From an uncultured virus (IMG/VR IMGVR_UViG_3300035698_023471) (Duplodnaviria; Heunggongvirae; Uroviricota; Caudoviricetes), in the IMG/VR virus record IMGVR_UViG_3300035698_023471: a stretch of DNA of 54,707 nucleotides. One strand, 5' to 3'. Made by a program: the position numbers and the translations under genes. Positions 17,883 through 26,042 of the stretch are shown piece by piece. The notes below the pieces were generated by a model. It saw nothing but the letters and a program-made list of their open reading frames with translations. It was not told the origin of the DNA and searched no databases. Position 1 is the stretch's first letter. The number at the start of each line of letters is the position of its first letter.

Positions 17883-18101
17883 AACTGAAGGTTCATAATT
17901 CTTTGAGGGGGAGGAGGAACGGTCATCGCAGTCAGAAAAGACAATCACGATTCAATTTACATTTGGGACGGTAAGACGAATCATTCTTTAGCTTACTTCC
18001 TCGGCGGTCATTTTCATTCACTGCATTTAGGAACTAACTCAACCTTGATGAACATAGAAACGATGCTGAAGAAATCTCGTGAAGATGAGGTGGAGGAATA
18101 A
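17879..18101 (+). pseudogene. frameshifted last MKIKLHN-tag gene
   Basis: MKLKVHNSLR frame stops at 17974; a shifted frame after the G-run at 17907-17911 reads GGTVIAVRK..IYIWDGK..EE* to 18101, homologous to the upstream gene (TVIL..IDIWDGK). Confidence 0.7.
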
Positions 18102-18106
18102 AGACG

Positions 18107-18240
18107 TGGGAAAAACGTCCACTCAAGGGAAAAATTATGCTGTCGCAGAATTTTGACTAGGGAACCTGAGAGAGAGGTTGGGAAAAACGTCCATTTGAGG
18201 GAAAAATTGTTCATGTCGGGAATTTTGATTTAGGGAACCT
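18107..18240 (+). repeat. imperfect ~61-bp direct repeat, 2 copies
   Basis: TGGGAAAAACGTCCA..AGGGAAAAATT..GAATTTTGA..TAGGGAACCT at 18107-18167 and 18179-18240. Confidence 0.85.
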
Positions 18241-18284
18241 ATTCTGACGAATATGGAACCAAGAAGAAACCCCCACCCCCATGA

Positions 18285-18326
18285 TTAGCCCAGGAAGAAT
18301 ACTACATTTGTAGTAATAAATATCAC
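18285..18326 (-). CDS. putative 13-aa hydrophobic peptide MIFITTNVVFFLG
   Basis: AAGGAGG SD 5 nt before GTG, downstream of a consensus promoter. Confidence 0.35.
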   Translation of the reverse strand: MIFITTNVVFFLG

Positions 18327-18390
18327 ACACCCCTCCTTTTATTCTACACTACGATAAGTGATTTACAAGCGTAATGATTAAGGCTCAAGC

Positions 18391-18419
18391 ATTATAGCAT
18401 AAGCTGAGATCATTGTCAA
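18391..18419 (-). promoter_or_regulatory. perfect consensus sigma70 promoter, leftward
   Basis: TTGACA-17bp-TATAAT with extended TG, preceded by the TAG context shared by the other promoters. Confidence 0.85.
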
Positions 18420-18651
18420 CTACCTTATAACTTTTCAACCTCATAGTCTACCTAGGTAACTTTCATTCTTCTGTCAGAAGATAGTTGACAGCGGATTGAA
18501 TGTATGGTATTATATATTCAACAATCAAGGAAAGAAGAGAACCACAACGGTTCTCTTCTTTCTTCTATTGTGGAGGTTCCAATCCAAAGATAGTTGACAG
18601 CAGATTGGAACTGTGGTATTATTAGGACACAATCAAGGAAGGGGAAACGAA

Positions 18652-18849
18652 ATGGCATTCAAGGCATGGAGAGCACACTGCGAGGATATCCTCGCTGATG
18701 AAAATGAACGGAAACCGGTGGGACAGTGGGCGGAACTTGGTCCGGAACCTATTCTCAAGATGGCTTACAATCGAGAGGAAGATCCGTCCCGAGTCGTGGC
18801 ATTGTGCATTGCCACGGAAATGGTGGAGAGGGGAGTCCAGGTACAGTAG
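18652..18849 (+). CDS. hypothetical protein
   Basis: MAFKAW..., SD after promoter 18594. Confidence 0.7.
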   Translation: MAFKAWRAHCEDILADENERKPVGQWAELGPEPILKMAYNREEDPSRVVALCIATEMVERGVQVQ

Positions 18850-18929
18850 TACGACAAAGGGAATCCTCCGACAAACATCGAAGGATTCTGTTGGTTGTAT
18901 CACAATTCAGAAGAGAAAGGTGTACTATC

Positions 18930-19331
18930 ATGCCGAATCACAAGATTGTCAAGAGGGGATCGCAAACCTATATCGTTTCGACCAGCGACAAGGGGATCAA
19001 GACCGCAACGCCGACCTTCCGACTCTCGCAAAGCGACACTTGTCGCTTCGCCCTACGGGGCGGAGTGTGTTTGATGGCAAGGGAGTCAAACGGGGAGACC
19101 GTCATCGAAGGAGTTCCCCAGCAGGGGAAACTGGTGATCTCCAAGAGGCTTCGTTTTGCCGAGATGAAACCGAAGGATATGAGTGCGATCCTCTGTCAAG
19201 TCAACGGTCACGAACCGAATGCAATCCTTCGCCCTGCCGGTCTCTTCGTAGAGTCTCACAAGGGATGGAATCTTGTCGCACAAGGACAGATTCACGAATT
19301 CAATCACGCAGCCGAGAAGTTTCTCGGCTGA
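18930..19331 (+). CDS. hypothetical protein
   Basis: MPNHKIVK..., GAAAGGT SD. Confidence 0.7.
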   Translation: MPNHKIVKRGSQTYIVSTSDKGIKTATPTFRLSQSDTCRFALRGGVCLMARESNGETVIEGVPQQGKLVISKRLRFAEMKPKDMSAILCQVNGHEPNAILRPAGLFVESHKGWNLVAQGQIHEFNHAAEKFLG

Positions 19332-19393
19332 CCTTTCTCCTTCCGGGGGGATGCAATGCGTCCCCCCAATCTTTTCTACATAAGGAAAATGAA

Positions 19394-19534
19394 ATGAAAG
19401 TCGTACCAACATACACTATTCCAAAGATTCCGAATTTCGACACCTTCTCTACCTTTCTCGAACAAATCGAGAAAGGCGAGATCGAGTCAGATGGCCACGT
19501 AGAAATCACAATCGTAGAAAAGGAGGACAATTAG
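19394..19534 (+). CDS. small acidic hypothetical protein
   Basis: MKVVPTY..., TAAGGA SD. Confidence 0.55.
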   Translation: MKVVPTYTIPKIPNFDTFSTFLEQIEKGEIESDGHVEITIVEKEDN

Positions 19535-19777
19535 ATGGCTTTGTCACCTTCGATAGTAGACTCCAAAGGAGTCGAGCATCTTGACTTCGCCGTAGCCTCA
19601 CGGCGAGTCAAGAAGATGAGCGAGGAGTCCCTGCGCTTCACCATCAAAGACGCAGGCGAAGCCTTAGCTAACTCTACGCTCATGGAGAAAAAGGGATTCA
19701 GCACAACTAAGGTCGGTTTCTACGCCGACGAGATCCACGTCTGCTATGCGGAACTCAACAGACGTAGAAGCGAGTGA
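19535..19777 (+). CDS. hypothetical protein
   Basis: 80 aa, AGGAGG SD. Confidence 0.7.
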   Translation: MALSPSIVDSKGVEHLDFAVASRRVKKMSEESLRFTIKDAGEALANSTLMEKKGFSTTKVGFYADEIHVCYAELNRRRSE

Positions 19778-19784
19778 CGAACAC

Positions 19785-19808
19785 GGGAGAGGTCTTCGGA
19801 CCTCTCCC
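19785..19808 (+). terminator. terminator-like hairpin
   Basis: GGGAGAGGTC-TTCG-GACCTCTCCC. Confidence 0.6.
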
Positions 19809-19984
19809 TAACTCATAGTCAAAAATTCCTAGGTACCGACACCGTTTATCTTAATAACATATGCTCGAATGAATAATCCGACGAGAAAGTTTTCCTAGCT
19901 ACCTTTTCTAAGGTGTTAGAAGATAGTTGACAACAGATTGAGACTGTGGTATTATTATGACACAATCAAGGGAGGGAGAAAGAT

Positions 19985-20257
19985 ATGACGAAAACGATCA
20001 ATCAAGAGGTTCACACAAGTGAACTGAAAACAGGAGATTCAATCCGAATCGGTGGAGGTCCCTTCTCCGACGCTACCGTTCGGAATGTGGACCGGGATGG
20101 GAAATGGTTCGAGATTTTCAGGCCGCATGTCGTCACCGCGAATTTCGGATATACCGGGGGGGTCTTGTGTACCATCGGAATCGAGATATTCACACGTTCT
20201 ATCGGATCTCATCCGGAGGACACGGTTTTCCTATACAACAGAAAGGAACTCAAGTAA
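19985..20257 (+). CDS. hypothetical protein
   Basis: 90 aa, strong SD after promoter 19927. Confidence 0.75.
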   Translation: MTKTINQEVHTSELKTGDSIRIGGGPFSDATVRNVDRDGKWFEIFRPHVVTANFGYTGGVLCTIGIEIFTRSIGSHPEDTVFLYNRKELK

Positions 20258-20258
20258 T

Positions 20259-20489
20259 ATGCCAAGTCCTAAATTGACAGCGGGTGACGCCATGATGATC
20301 GGAACTATCGTGGGAAATTGCCACTGCGGTTCTACAAACCTACAAGTTTGTAGAACACTGTGGAGTAAGATGGGCGGTGTGAAGTGTTACAAAGTCCCGA
20401 AAGCCTATCGCCGGGCGGCAATGCGACACGCCACCAAGAAACATCGACAGAACAGGAAACAATACTGCCTTGTCATGCGAGGTTGGTAG
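20259..20489 (+). CDS. basic hypothetical protein
   Basis: MPSPKLT..., coupled to the previous gene. Confidence 0.65.
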   Translation: MPSPKLTAGDAMMIGTIVGNCHCGSTNLQVCRTLWSKMGGVKCYKVPKAYRRAAMRHATKKHRQNRKQYCLVMRGW

Positions 20490-20542
20490 TAAAATTTGAG
20501 GGGGATCTTTTGATCCCCCTCGCCTAGGGAGGGAATGAGAAG

Positions 20543-20926
20543 GTGAAAATAACAGAATATGAAATGGGTACACGTTTGTCGAAATCGGACATGATCGGTT
20601 GGCTGGAATGTGAAGGGGTGGAGTTTTCCAGTCCACGAATGATCAAGCCAAACACTCTACAGTACCGCAAGAAAACACCTCAAGGTGAATGGGTCATCAC
20701 ACGTCTATTCGACACGGATATCGTGGCCGTTCAAAAAGAAGGGAGGAAGTTAGTTCTCAACTCGGGAACGGCGAGAACAGTTCTGACAAAGAATCGAATC
20801 AATGATATCATCAAGGAATTCGGTCTCTGTGTTTTCCAGAGGAATAAAGAGTGGTTCGTCTCTGGAGGACGTTTGTACCGTGATGAAATGCCTTTCACGG
20901 ACGAAATGGTCTTGTGCAACGTTTGA
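20543..20926 (+). CDS. hypothetical protein
   Basis: 127 aa ORF followed by terminator. Confidence 0.7.
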   Translation: MKITEYEMGTRLSKSDMIGWLECEGVEFSSPRMIKPNTLQYRKKTPQGEWVITRLFDTDIVAVQKEGRKLVLNSGTARTVLTKNRINDIIKEFGLCVFQRNKEWFVSGGRLYRDEMPFTDEMVLCNV

Positions 20927-20932
20927 CAAATC

Positions 20933-20959
20933 GGGGGAGGCGAAAGTCTCCCCCTTTTT
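20933..20959 (+). terminator. intrinsic terminator
   Basis: GGGGGAGGC-GAAA-GTCTCCCCC-TTTTT. Confidence 0.75.
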
Positions 20960-21358
20960 CATTTGTCAATTCATCCTAGGTACTTACCGAACTCATAATG
21001 CTTGAGTTCTACGAATGTCAAACTCATAGTCATGCCTAGTTACCCAATGCCATAGTTTATAATAAGGGATAGTTAATAATAATTAAATAATAAATAATAA
21101 GAAGTTTGATTTTCACAAGTTAGGGGAGCACTTCCTAGGTAATGACTTACCGACACCTTTTTCCTTAATAACATATGCTCGAATGAATAAACCGTTCGAT
21201 TCAAAAATAGTTGACAATGTATGGTAACTATGTTAAACTGGTCGGGTAACGTGAGAGAAGGAATTGATTCATCGCGGCGAGAATTGAGGTTCGATTCTAG
21301 TTGACAATGTATGGTAACTATGTTAGATTGGATCATCACAATCGGAAAGGGGATTGAC

Positions 21359-21481
21359 ATGGACGAAGAAATGCGATTGGAAAATGTTTTGTTTCCTTGG
21401 TTGGATGATCCGTCTATAGAAGATTATGACGGGGATCATCTTTCCGATGAAGAACGGGAGATAGTTGACAACGCTTGCTAA
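21359..21481 (+). CDS. 40-aa acidic peptide
   Basis: MDEEMRLENVLFPWLDDPSIEDYDGDHLSDEEREIVDNAC; AAGGGG SD after tandem promoters. Confidence 0.5.
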   Translation: MDEEMRLENVLFPWLDDPSIEDYDGDHLSDEEREIVDNAC

Positions 21482-21540
21482 CTGTGTTAGATTGGAGGCA
21501 CGATGGTTGAGAAAGCGACAGAACGAAAAGGAGAACAAGG

Positions 21541-22539
21541 ATGACTGTACGTGAGAAGGTTTCGTTGGCAAAATCGGTACTTGAGGCACTCTGTATCTAT
21601 TCCGGAATCGTCCGGCTGGAGGGTCCGTTCAAACGAACGGGACACCACAAGAATTCCGGTCCACATACCCGGAATGAGAACCAAGCCTATACCAAGTGGC
21701 GTCCACAAGTGAGTGGTACGTCGATGAAAAAGGGAGGATTGAAGAAAGCCGGGCTGAATATTCTCGGATTGGATACTACCGCCCAAGACGACAAGGGTGA
21801 GTATGAGCATCGGAGCAAGGTATTGCTCCGAGGGTTTCTGGATAAGGAATGGGTGAACACGCCGGTATTCTTCTCGGGATCGAACGTTTACACTCCCGAT
21901 CTGGAAGGAAAGCATCGGTTCCCTCAGATTTCCAACGCCTTGGTCCCCAATTTCCTCGAACTATATGAGGATCTGTTAAAATTGCGGGACTATCAAACCA
22001 AGGCCAAGAGGAAGGAGTCGGAAATCAAGAAGGCCGTCGAAGGATCTTCGAGGGGTGGCTCTTGGGGTGGTGACATTGACTCGGTTCTCATCGACACTCC
22101 CTGCGATCATTGGGAAATCAGTATGACTCCTCCATCGGAGTCTTACTCTTGGAAAGCGTATTCCAAGGATGAAATCGGATTGAAAAAGATCCGTGATACT
22201 CTCTCCGGAATCGACACGGAGATTGACGAATTGGGAGAACGTCTTCGAGACTTGTCACTTTCTACATGGATGGAAGTTCTCCCGGTCACCGAACAATTCC
22301 GTGCAATCGAGTTAGGTATCCTCGAAACGGCTCAATTGACCGGAACGGTCTACAGCGACAAAATCGTTTTTGAGGAACGTATGGACAAGACATACGTCCC
22401 GGAAGCGCAAGCCAAACAGACCGTCGCCGATGGTGACGGTGAATGGTCCACGTATGTGGCAAGAGGAGTAGAGAAGTCTTGTGTGGTCGCTAAGAAACTG
22501 GATGTCGAACATTTAGATCATCCGATCTTCGCCGCCTAA
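21541..22539 (+). CDS. hypothetical protein
   Basis: 332 aa, AAGGAG SD, own promoter and downstream hairpin. Confidence 0.85.
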   Translation: MTVREKVSLAKSVLEALCIYSGIVRLEGPFKRTGHHKNSGPHTRNENQAYTKWRPQVSGTSMKKGGLKKAGLNILGLDTTAQDDKGEYEHRSKVLLRGFLDKEWVNTPVFFSGSNVYTPDLEGKHRFPQISNALVPNFLELYEDLLKLRDYQTKAKRKESEIKKAVEGSSRGGSWGGDIDSVLIDTPCDHWEISMTPPSESYSWKAYSKDEIGLKKIRDTLSGIDTEIDELGERLRDLSLSTWMEVLPVTEQFRAIELGILETAQLTGTVYSDKIVFEERMDKTYVPEAQAKQTVADGDGEWSTYVARGVEKSCVVAKKLDVEHLDHPIFAA

Positions 22540-22738
22540 GTAGGACAAGCGGGGGAAGCAATTGCTTCCCCCGCAATCTTAATGTAGTTGACAATGAATG
22601 ATAACTATGTTAAGATTGCGACAGTTGCTTGAAAGGGGAAGGGAATGAATGAGAGAGCAAAGATTCAATTGACAATTTTAGGATTGTCCATACCATTCTT
22701 GTGTTGGCTAGTCAAGATATCCCTTTAAGGAGAAATAG

Positions 22739-22930
22739 ATGACATACAAGGTGACAGAATTTGCTACCTTTCCGGGAAGAAAATCCTCGATAGGTGGGGT
22801 TTCAACGGGTTGTACTTTGGAACAAGCGGAAAGAGCCAAAGAAGTTTGGGAATCGAAAGAATTTCGCCGGGATCATTTAGGTAATGTTTACTCGATGAAT
22901 CATTGGGCCAAAATTGAGGAGGAATATTAG
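22739..22930 (+). CDS. hypothetical protein
   Basis: TAAGGAG SD. Confidence 0.7.
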   Translation: MTYKVTEFATFPGRKSSIGGVSTGCTLEQAERAKEVWESKEFRRDHLGNVYSMNHWAKIEEEY

Positions 22931-22931
22931 A

Positions 22932-23144
22932 ATGAAGAAATGGCTGGTCACATTCATTCTGCTAGGATCGTTGAAAATTGGTTCAGAATACGAAGTCTAT
23001 AAAGACAAGATTTTACATGAACGTCAAATGTGCATTGATCGCACAATTTACGTCAAAATTCCCAAGGGTATGCACGTAATCAAATTGAGTCGCTTGCAAC
23101 CTTGCGCGGTAGAGAACTGGAAATTATATGACAGAGAAAAATAA
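22932..23144 (+). CDS. hypothetical protein
   Basis: MKKWLVTFILLGSL..., GGAGG SD. Confidence 0.6.
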   Translation: MKKWLVTFILLGSLKIGSEYEVYKDKILHERQMCIDRTIYVKIPKGMHVIKLSRLQPCAVENWKLYDREK

Positions 23145-23146
23145 CT

Positions 23147-23542
23147 ATGGAGGAAACTGACGTGACGAAAACTTTCGTTTGTGTAGACTGTGAACAAGTG
23201 AAGGAAACGCAAACATCCGGAGGTACGGGATACGTTATTGACAATGACGACAGGATTTGCTACGCTTGTTGTGCCGTCCGGGACGTGGCCTACATGGCGG
23301 AGAATAAGAAGATTTGCCTTTATCTGTCCAAGGATGAGGTAGATCGGTGGCAGGTGACAAATTGGCCCGGAACACTTACCTTCAGAACCCTCTGTCATTC
23401 CAGCGGGAATCACAACTTCACGGGGGCACGAAGGGACGTGTGGTTCAAGGACAGGCAAGGAAAGGTGTGGTGGGGCGTTCAGTATGGACACAACACCCAA
23501 GTTCTGCATTGCACGAAAACAGTCCAGAAGTGGGGTAGATAG
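23147..23542 (+). CDS. Cys-containing hypothetical protein
   Basis: CxxC...CxxCC motifs; start may be GTG at 23162. Confidence 0.7.
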   Translation: MEETDVTKTFVCVDCEQVKETQTSGGTGYVIDNDDRICYACCAVRDVAYMAENKKICLYLSKDEVDRWQVTNWPGTLTFRTLCHSSGNHNFTGARRDVWFKDRQGKVWWGVQYGHNTQVLHCTKTVQKWGR

Positions 23543-23599
23543 AGACGAAGGGGGTTGACTATGAGTCAGCCCCCTCAAAACGAACGAAGGAGAACGGAT

Positions 23600-23884
23600 A
23601 TGTTTCGTTATGAATACAGTTTCATCCCCCCGGACTCGCCGGAAATCAAACCAGAGAGTCGAGGTAAGGTCGGTCAAACTTACGGATACTTCGATTCCCC
23701 CGATCTGTTGCTTCATTGGCTACAGGCATGGAGCCATCCGGAAGGATGGGATTACTTCTTAACATCTGCCAACATCCGAGCGAATACCTTGTCTCCGCTT
23801 TTAGACATCAAAGAAGTCTCAGACTTACGCTTGTGCTGGACGGGGAAAAACTCGCATCAAAATATTCCCTTGTGGGAAGATTGA
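23600..23884 (+). CDS. hypothetical protein
   Basis: MFRYEY..., AAGGAG SD. Confidence 0.7.
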   Translation: MFRYEYSFIPPDSPEIKPESRGKVGQTYGYFDSPDLLLHWLQAWSHPEGWDYFLTSANIRANTLSPLLDIKEVSDLRLCWTGKNSHQNIPLWED

Positions 23885-23951
23885 CAAAAGTAGTTGACAA
23901 TTCCGATTTTCTGTGATAAGATCGGGCATCACGAACAAAGGAGAAGGGACA

Positions 23952-24170
23952 ATGAAGATAGGTGATAAATTGCGGGTGTTTCGCGGAGACACAAGCACGA
24001 TTCGTCCCTTCACCGGCATCGTAGATGACATCAAACCAGATACAAGGATTTCAGACCCGGAGTGGGTTTTCCTGCAAATCAATGTTTTCGATGGGGACCG
24101 AATGAGGCACATCATGCTCCCCCAGCATCTTGTCGCAGAAGCGACAAACGGCACGACCATCATCATGTAA
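23952..24170 (+). CDS. hypothetical protein
   Basis: MKIGDKLRV..., AAGGAG SD after promoter. Confidence 0.7.
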   Translation: MKIGDKLRVFRGDTSTIRPFTGIVDDIKPDTRISDPEWVFLQINVFDGDRMRHIMLPQHLVAEATNGTTIIM

Positions 24171-24179
24171 GGAGGAATC

Positions 24180-24419
24180 ATGATCCAAGTACATAAGGAG
24201 ACACAAGAGTATCAAGCGAAAGGGAAACGTCCCTTTCGCTTGGTCGTCAAACCACATGACTATGAGTTTGGGGTGTTCCGGGTGTTTGCCGATGACTCGG
24301 AACCTCAAGAAGAATTGCTTGTCCAGCATCACTTGAGGGGTTGTGCCCTCTGTTTTGACTTGCGGCAAGCGGCTTTGAATAAAGTTCACAAGGTAGTTGA
24401 CAATCCGGCTCAAGTGTGA
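24180..24419 (+). CDS. hypothetical protein
   Basis: TAAGGAGG SD. Confidence 0.7.
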   Translation: MIQVHKETQEYQAKGKRPFRLVVKPHDYEFGVFRVFADDSEPQEELLVQHHLRGCALCFDLRQAALNKVHKVVDNPAQV

Positions 24420-24565
24420 TAGGATGTTCGGGTAGATGGTCAAGATGCTTGTTGCATCTCCTTTCTTCTCCCCTTTCTCTCAGGACGGTAGGGTCGTGCG
24501 AAGCCTTCCCTACCGTCCTGAGAGAAAGGGGATGAGACAATCAAAAGGAATAGGAAATAAAGCCG

Positions 24566-24823
24566 ATGAGAATGGACCAAGTGATCGCAGGAATCAACGA
24601 TACACTGAAATGCCTCTCCGAACCGTCCGGGATGTTTGTCTATCTCCGGGACATGAAAAGACTGGCTTTGGAGTTAGTCGTTCGAGGCAAGTGGCACGAT
24701 CAAGCCACGGGGGCTTTCGCGGCTATCCAATTGGCAGAACAGAGGGAGTTCAAGAGTATCCCTCACCGTGATGAGGTGGTTCGTTTCATTCGGTCAGGAC
24801 AATTCAAGAGGCCGACTGTCTGA
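24566..24823 (+). CDS. hypothetical protein
   Basis: 85 aa ORF. Confidence 0.65.
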   Translation: MRMDQVIAGINDTLKCLSEPSGMFVYLRDMKRLALELVVRGKWHDQATGAFAAIQLAEQREFKSIPHRDEVVRFIRSGQFKRPTV

Positions 24824-24867
24824 AGGTAGTTGACAACGGTCCGGTCTTGTGATAAGATGCTTGTGAT

Positions 24868-25290
24868 TGGGTGGCGAGGAACGATTCCGGAATATTTTGA
24901 TTCCGGTTGAATCCCGTCGCCCGTAAAGAATGGGTTAAAATCTTTGCCACAAATCTCGACTGGCATCGAGGGAAGCACCCCCGCCCCATCGGCGGGGGCG
25001 ATGTTTCCCACCCGTAAGTGAATGAGTTAAACGGGAAGTACGGAACACATTTTATCCCTTTCGAGATCGCCTTAGAATATCCCCAACGAGCGTCGGGGAC
25101 ATAGGATCAAAAGGGATAGTAAATAGGAGAAAAATCATGAAGTGGGGTTAGATTGAGGAGTTTAGGACTCAAAGTACAACGACCAATTGAATCCTAAACG
25201 GAGAAAACGCACAAATAAAATTTAATAAATGATTTTCGATGAAAGAGAGACGCGGGGGGCATGACACTGCACCCTCCGCGTCTCTTTGCA
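24868..25290 (+). ncRNA. candidate structured non-coding RNA
   Basis: ~420 nt after promoter 24830 with no plausible + strand ORF and several stems. Confidence 0.4.
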
Positions 25291-25308
25291 TCACAAGGGA
25301 GAACAGAC

Positions 25309-25572
25309 ATGAAAAATCGCATTCCATTCGTTCTCGGGGAATTCGACTCCTTCCTAACTTCCATCACTTCAAAATCATTGTCCCTCATTTTCGCAGACTG
25401 CGAAAATAAAGGGATTCAAAGAGTAGTCAAGGTCCCTCGAAAAATCCACCAAGTATCTTTCACTCCTCAACATCGGCTCGTCGTTCAAATTCCTTATTGG
25501 TTCATCAAGAATAAGGGACTTGATGCCATCACACGTTTCGGTCAATCGAAATGGAGACTCACCACAAGTTGA
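25309..25572 (+). CDS. hypothetical protein
   Basis: MKNRIPF..., GGGAG SD. Confidence 0.65.
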   Translation: MKNRIPFVLGEFDSFLTSITSKSLSLIFADCENKGIQRVVKVPRKIHQVSFTPQHRLVVQIPYWFIKNKGLDAITRFGQSKWRLTTS

Positions 25573-25598
25573 CGGAAGGGGATCAAAAGATCCCCTTC

Positions 25599-25792
25599 TT
25601 TTATTTCCTCAATCATCCTAGTTAACTTCGTAACTTAAGTTTTACATCTGTAAAACTCATAGTTAAGCCTAACCCTATGCCTATTATAAGGGTATTATAG
25701 TATTATATTATATATAGGTATTTACCGACATTGAAAAAGATAATAACATATGCTTTCCTAAATCTTATGTCTTGTTTAAGATAGTTGACAAT
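25599..25792 (+). repeat. ~200-bp intergenic module, copy A
   Basis: Near-identical to 29658-29865; lies between a terminator hairpin and a promoter. Confidence 0.9.
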
Positions 25793-25818
25793 GGTCCCGA
25801 CCTGTGATATCATTCTGA

Positions 25819-25846
25819 CAGTTGAACGGTGTCAACCGTCCGACTG
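25819..25846 (+). promoter_or_regulatory. conserved promoter-proximal hairpin/dyad (copy 2)
   Basis: CAGTTGAACGGTGTCAACCGTCCGACTG. Confidence 0.7.
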
Positions 25847-25869
25847 GTAGAATAAAAAGTCAAGAAAAG

Positions 25870-25979
25870 ACTTGTGTGCAATGCACACAAGTGAACTGAT
25901 TCTAGTTGACAATGGATTCAATCTATAGTAGAATGGTTGAATCACAGTCGAGAAAGACTTGTGTGCAATGCACACAAGT
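25870..25979. repeat. two perfect 23-bp palindromes in tandem promoter repeats
   Basis: ACTTGTGTGCA-A-TGCACACAAGT at 25870 and 25957 (period 87). Confidence 0.9.
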
Positions 25980-26042
25980 GAACTGATTCTAGTTGACAAC
26001 GGCATCCGATTGTGAAATAATGGTAGCACGATTGAAGGGAGA

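Larger units (their letters stand above)
7818..18101 (+). other. tandem array of 43 small genes sharing an N-terminal MKIKLHN-type tag
   Basis: 43 consecutive co-oriented ORFs, each starting M-[KRN]-[ILV]-[KRQ]-x-H-[NDQ]; 26 of 42 junctions are 4-bp ATGA/GTGA overlaps. Confidence 0.95.

Noticed and set aside
7818..18101. CRISPR array or integron attC cassette array
   Set aside because: The repeating unit is a degenerate coding motif with synonymous variation, units are 150-320 bp ORFs, and no palindromic attC sites, cas genes or integrase are visible.
7818..18101. Diversity-generating retroelement
   Set aside because: No reverse transcriptase in the window and no template/variable repeat pair differing mainly at adenines.
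18014..18214. 66-aa minus-strand ORF with a repeated motif
   Set aside because: Its repeat just reflects the 61-bp DNA repeats; no SD, and it overlaps the frameshifted array gene.
18698..19534. 278-aa ORF in the track
   Set aside because: Overlaps better-supported genes with SD sites; only its last 46 codons (from 19394) look real.
24868..25290. tmRNA or RNase P RNA
   Set aside because: No GGGG..TTCGA 5' end, T-arm/CCA 3' end, tag ORF or RNase P P4 signature found; kept only as an unclassified candidate.
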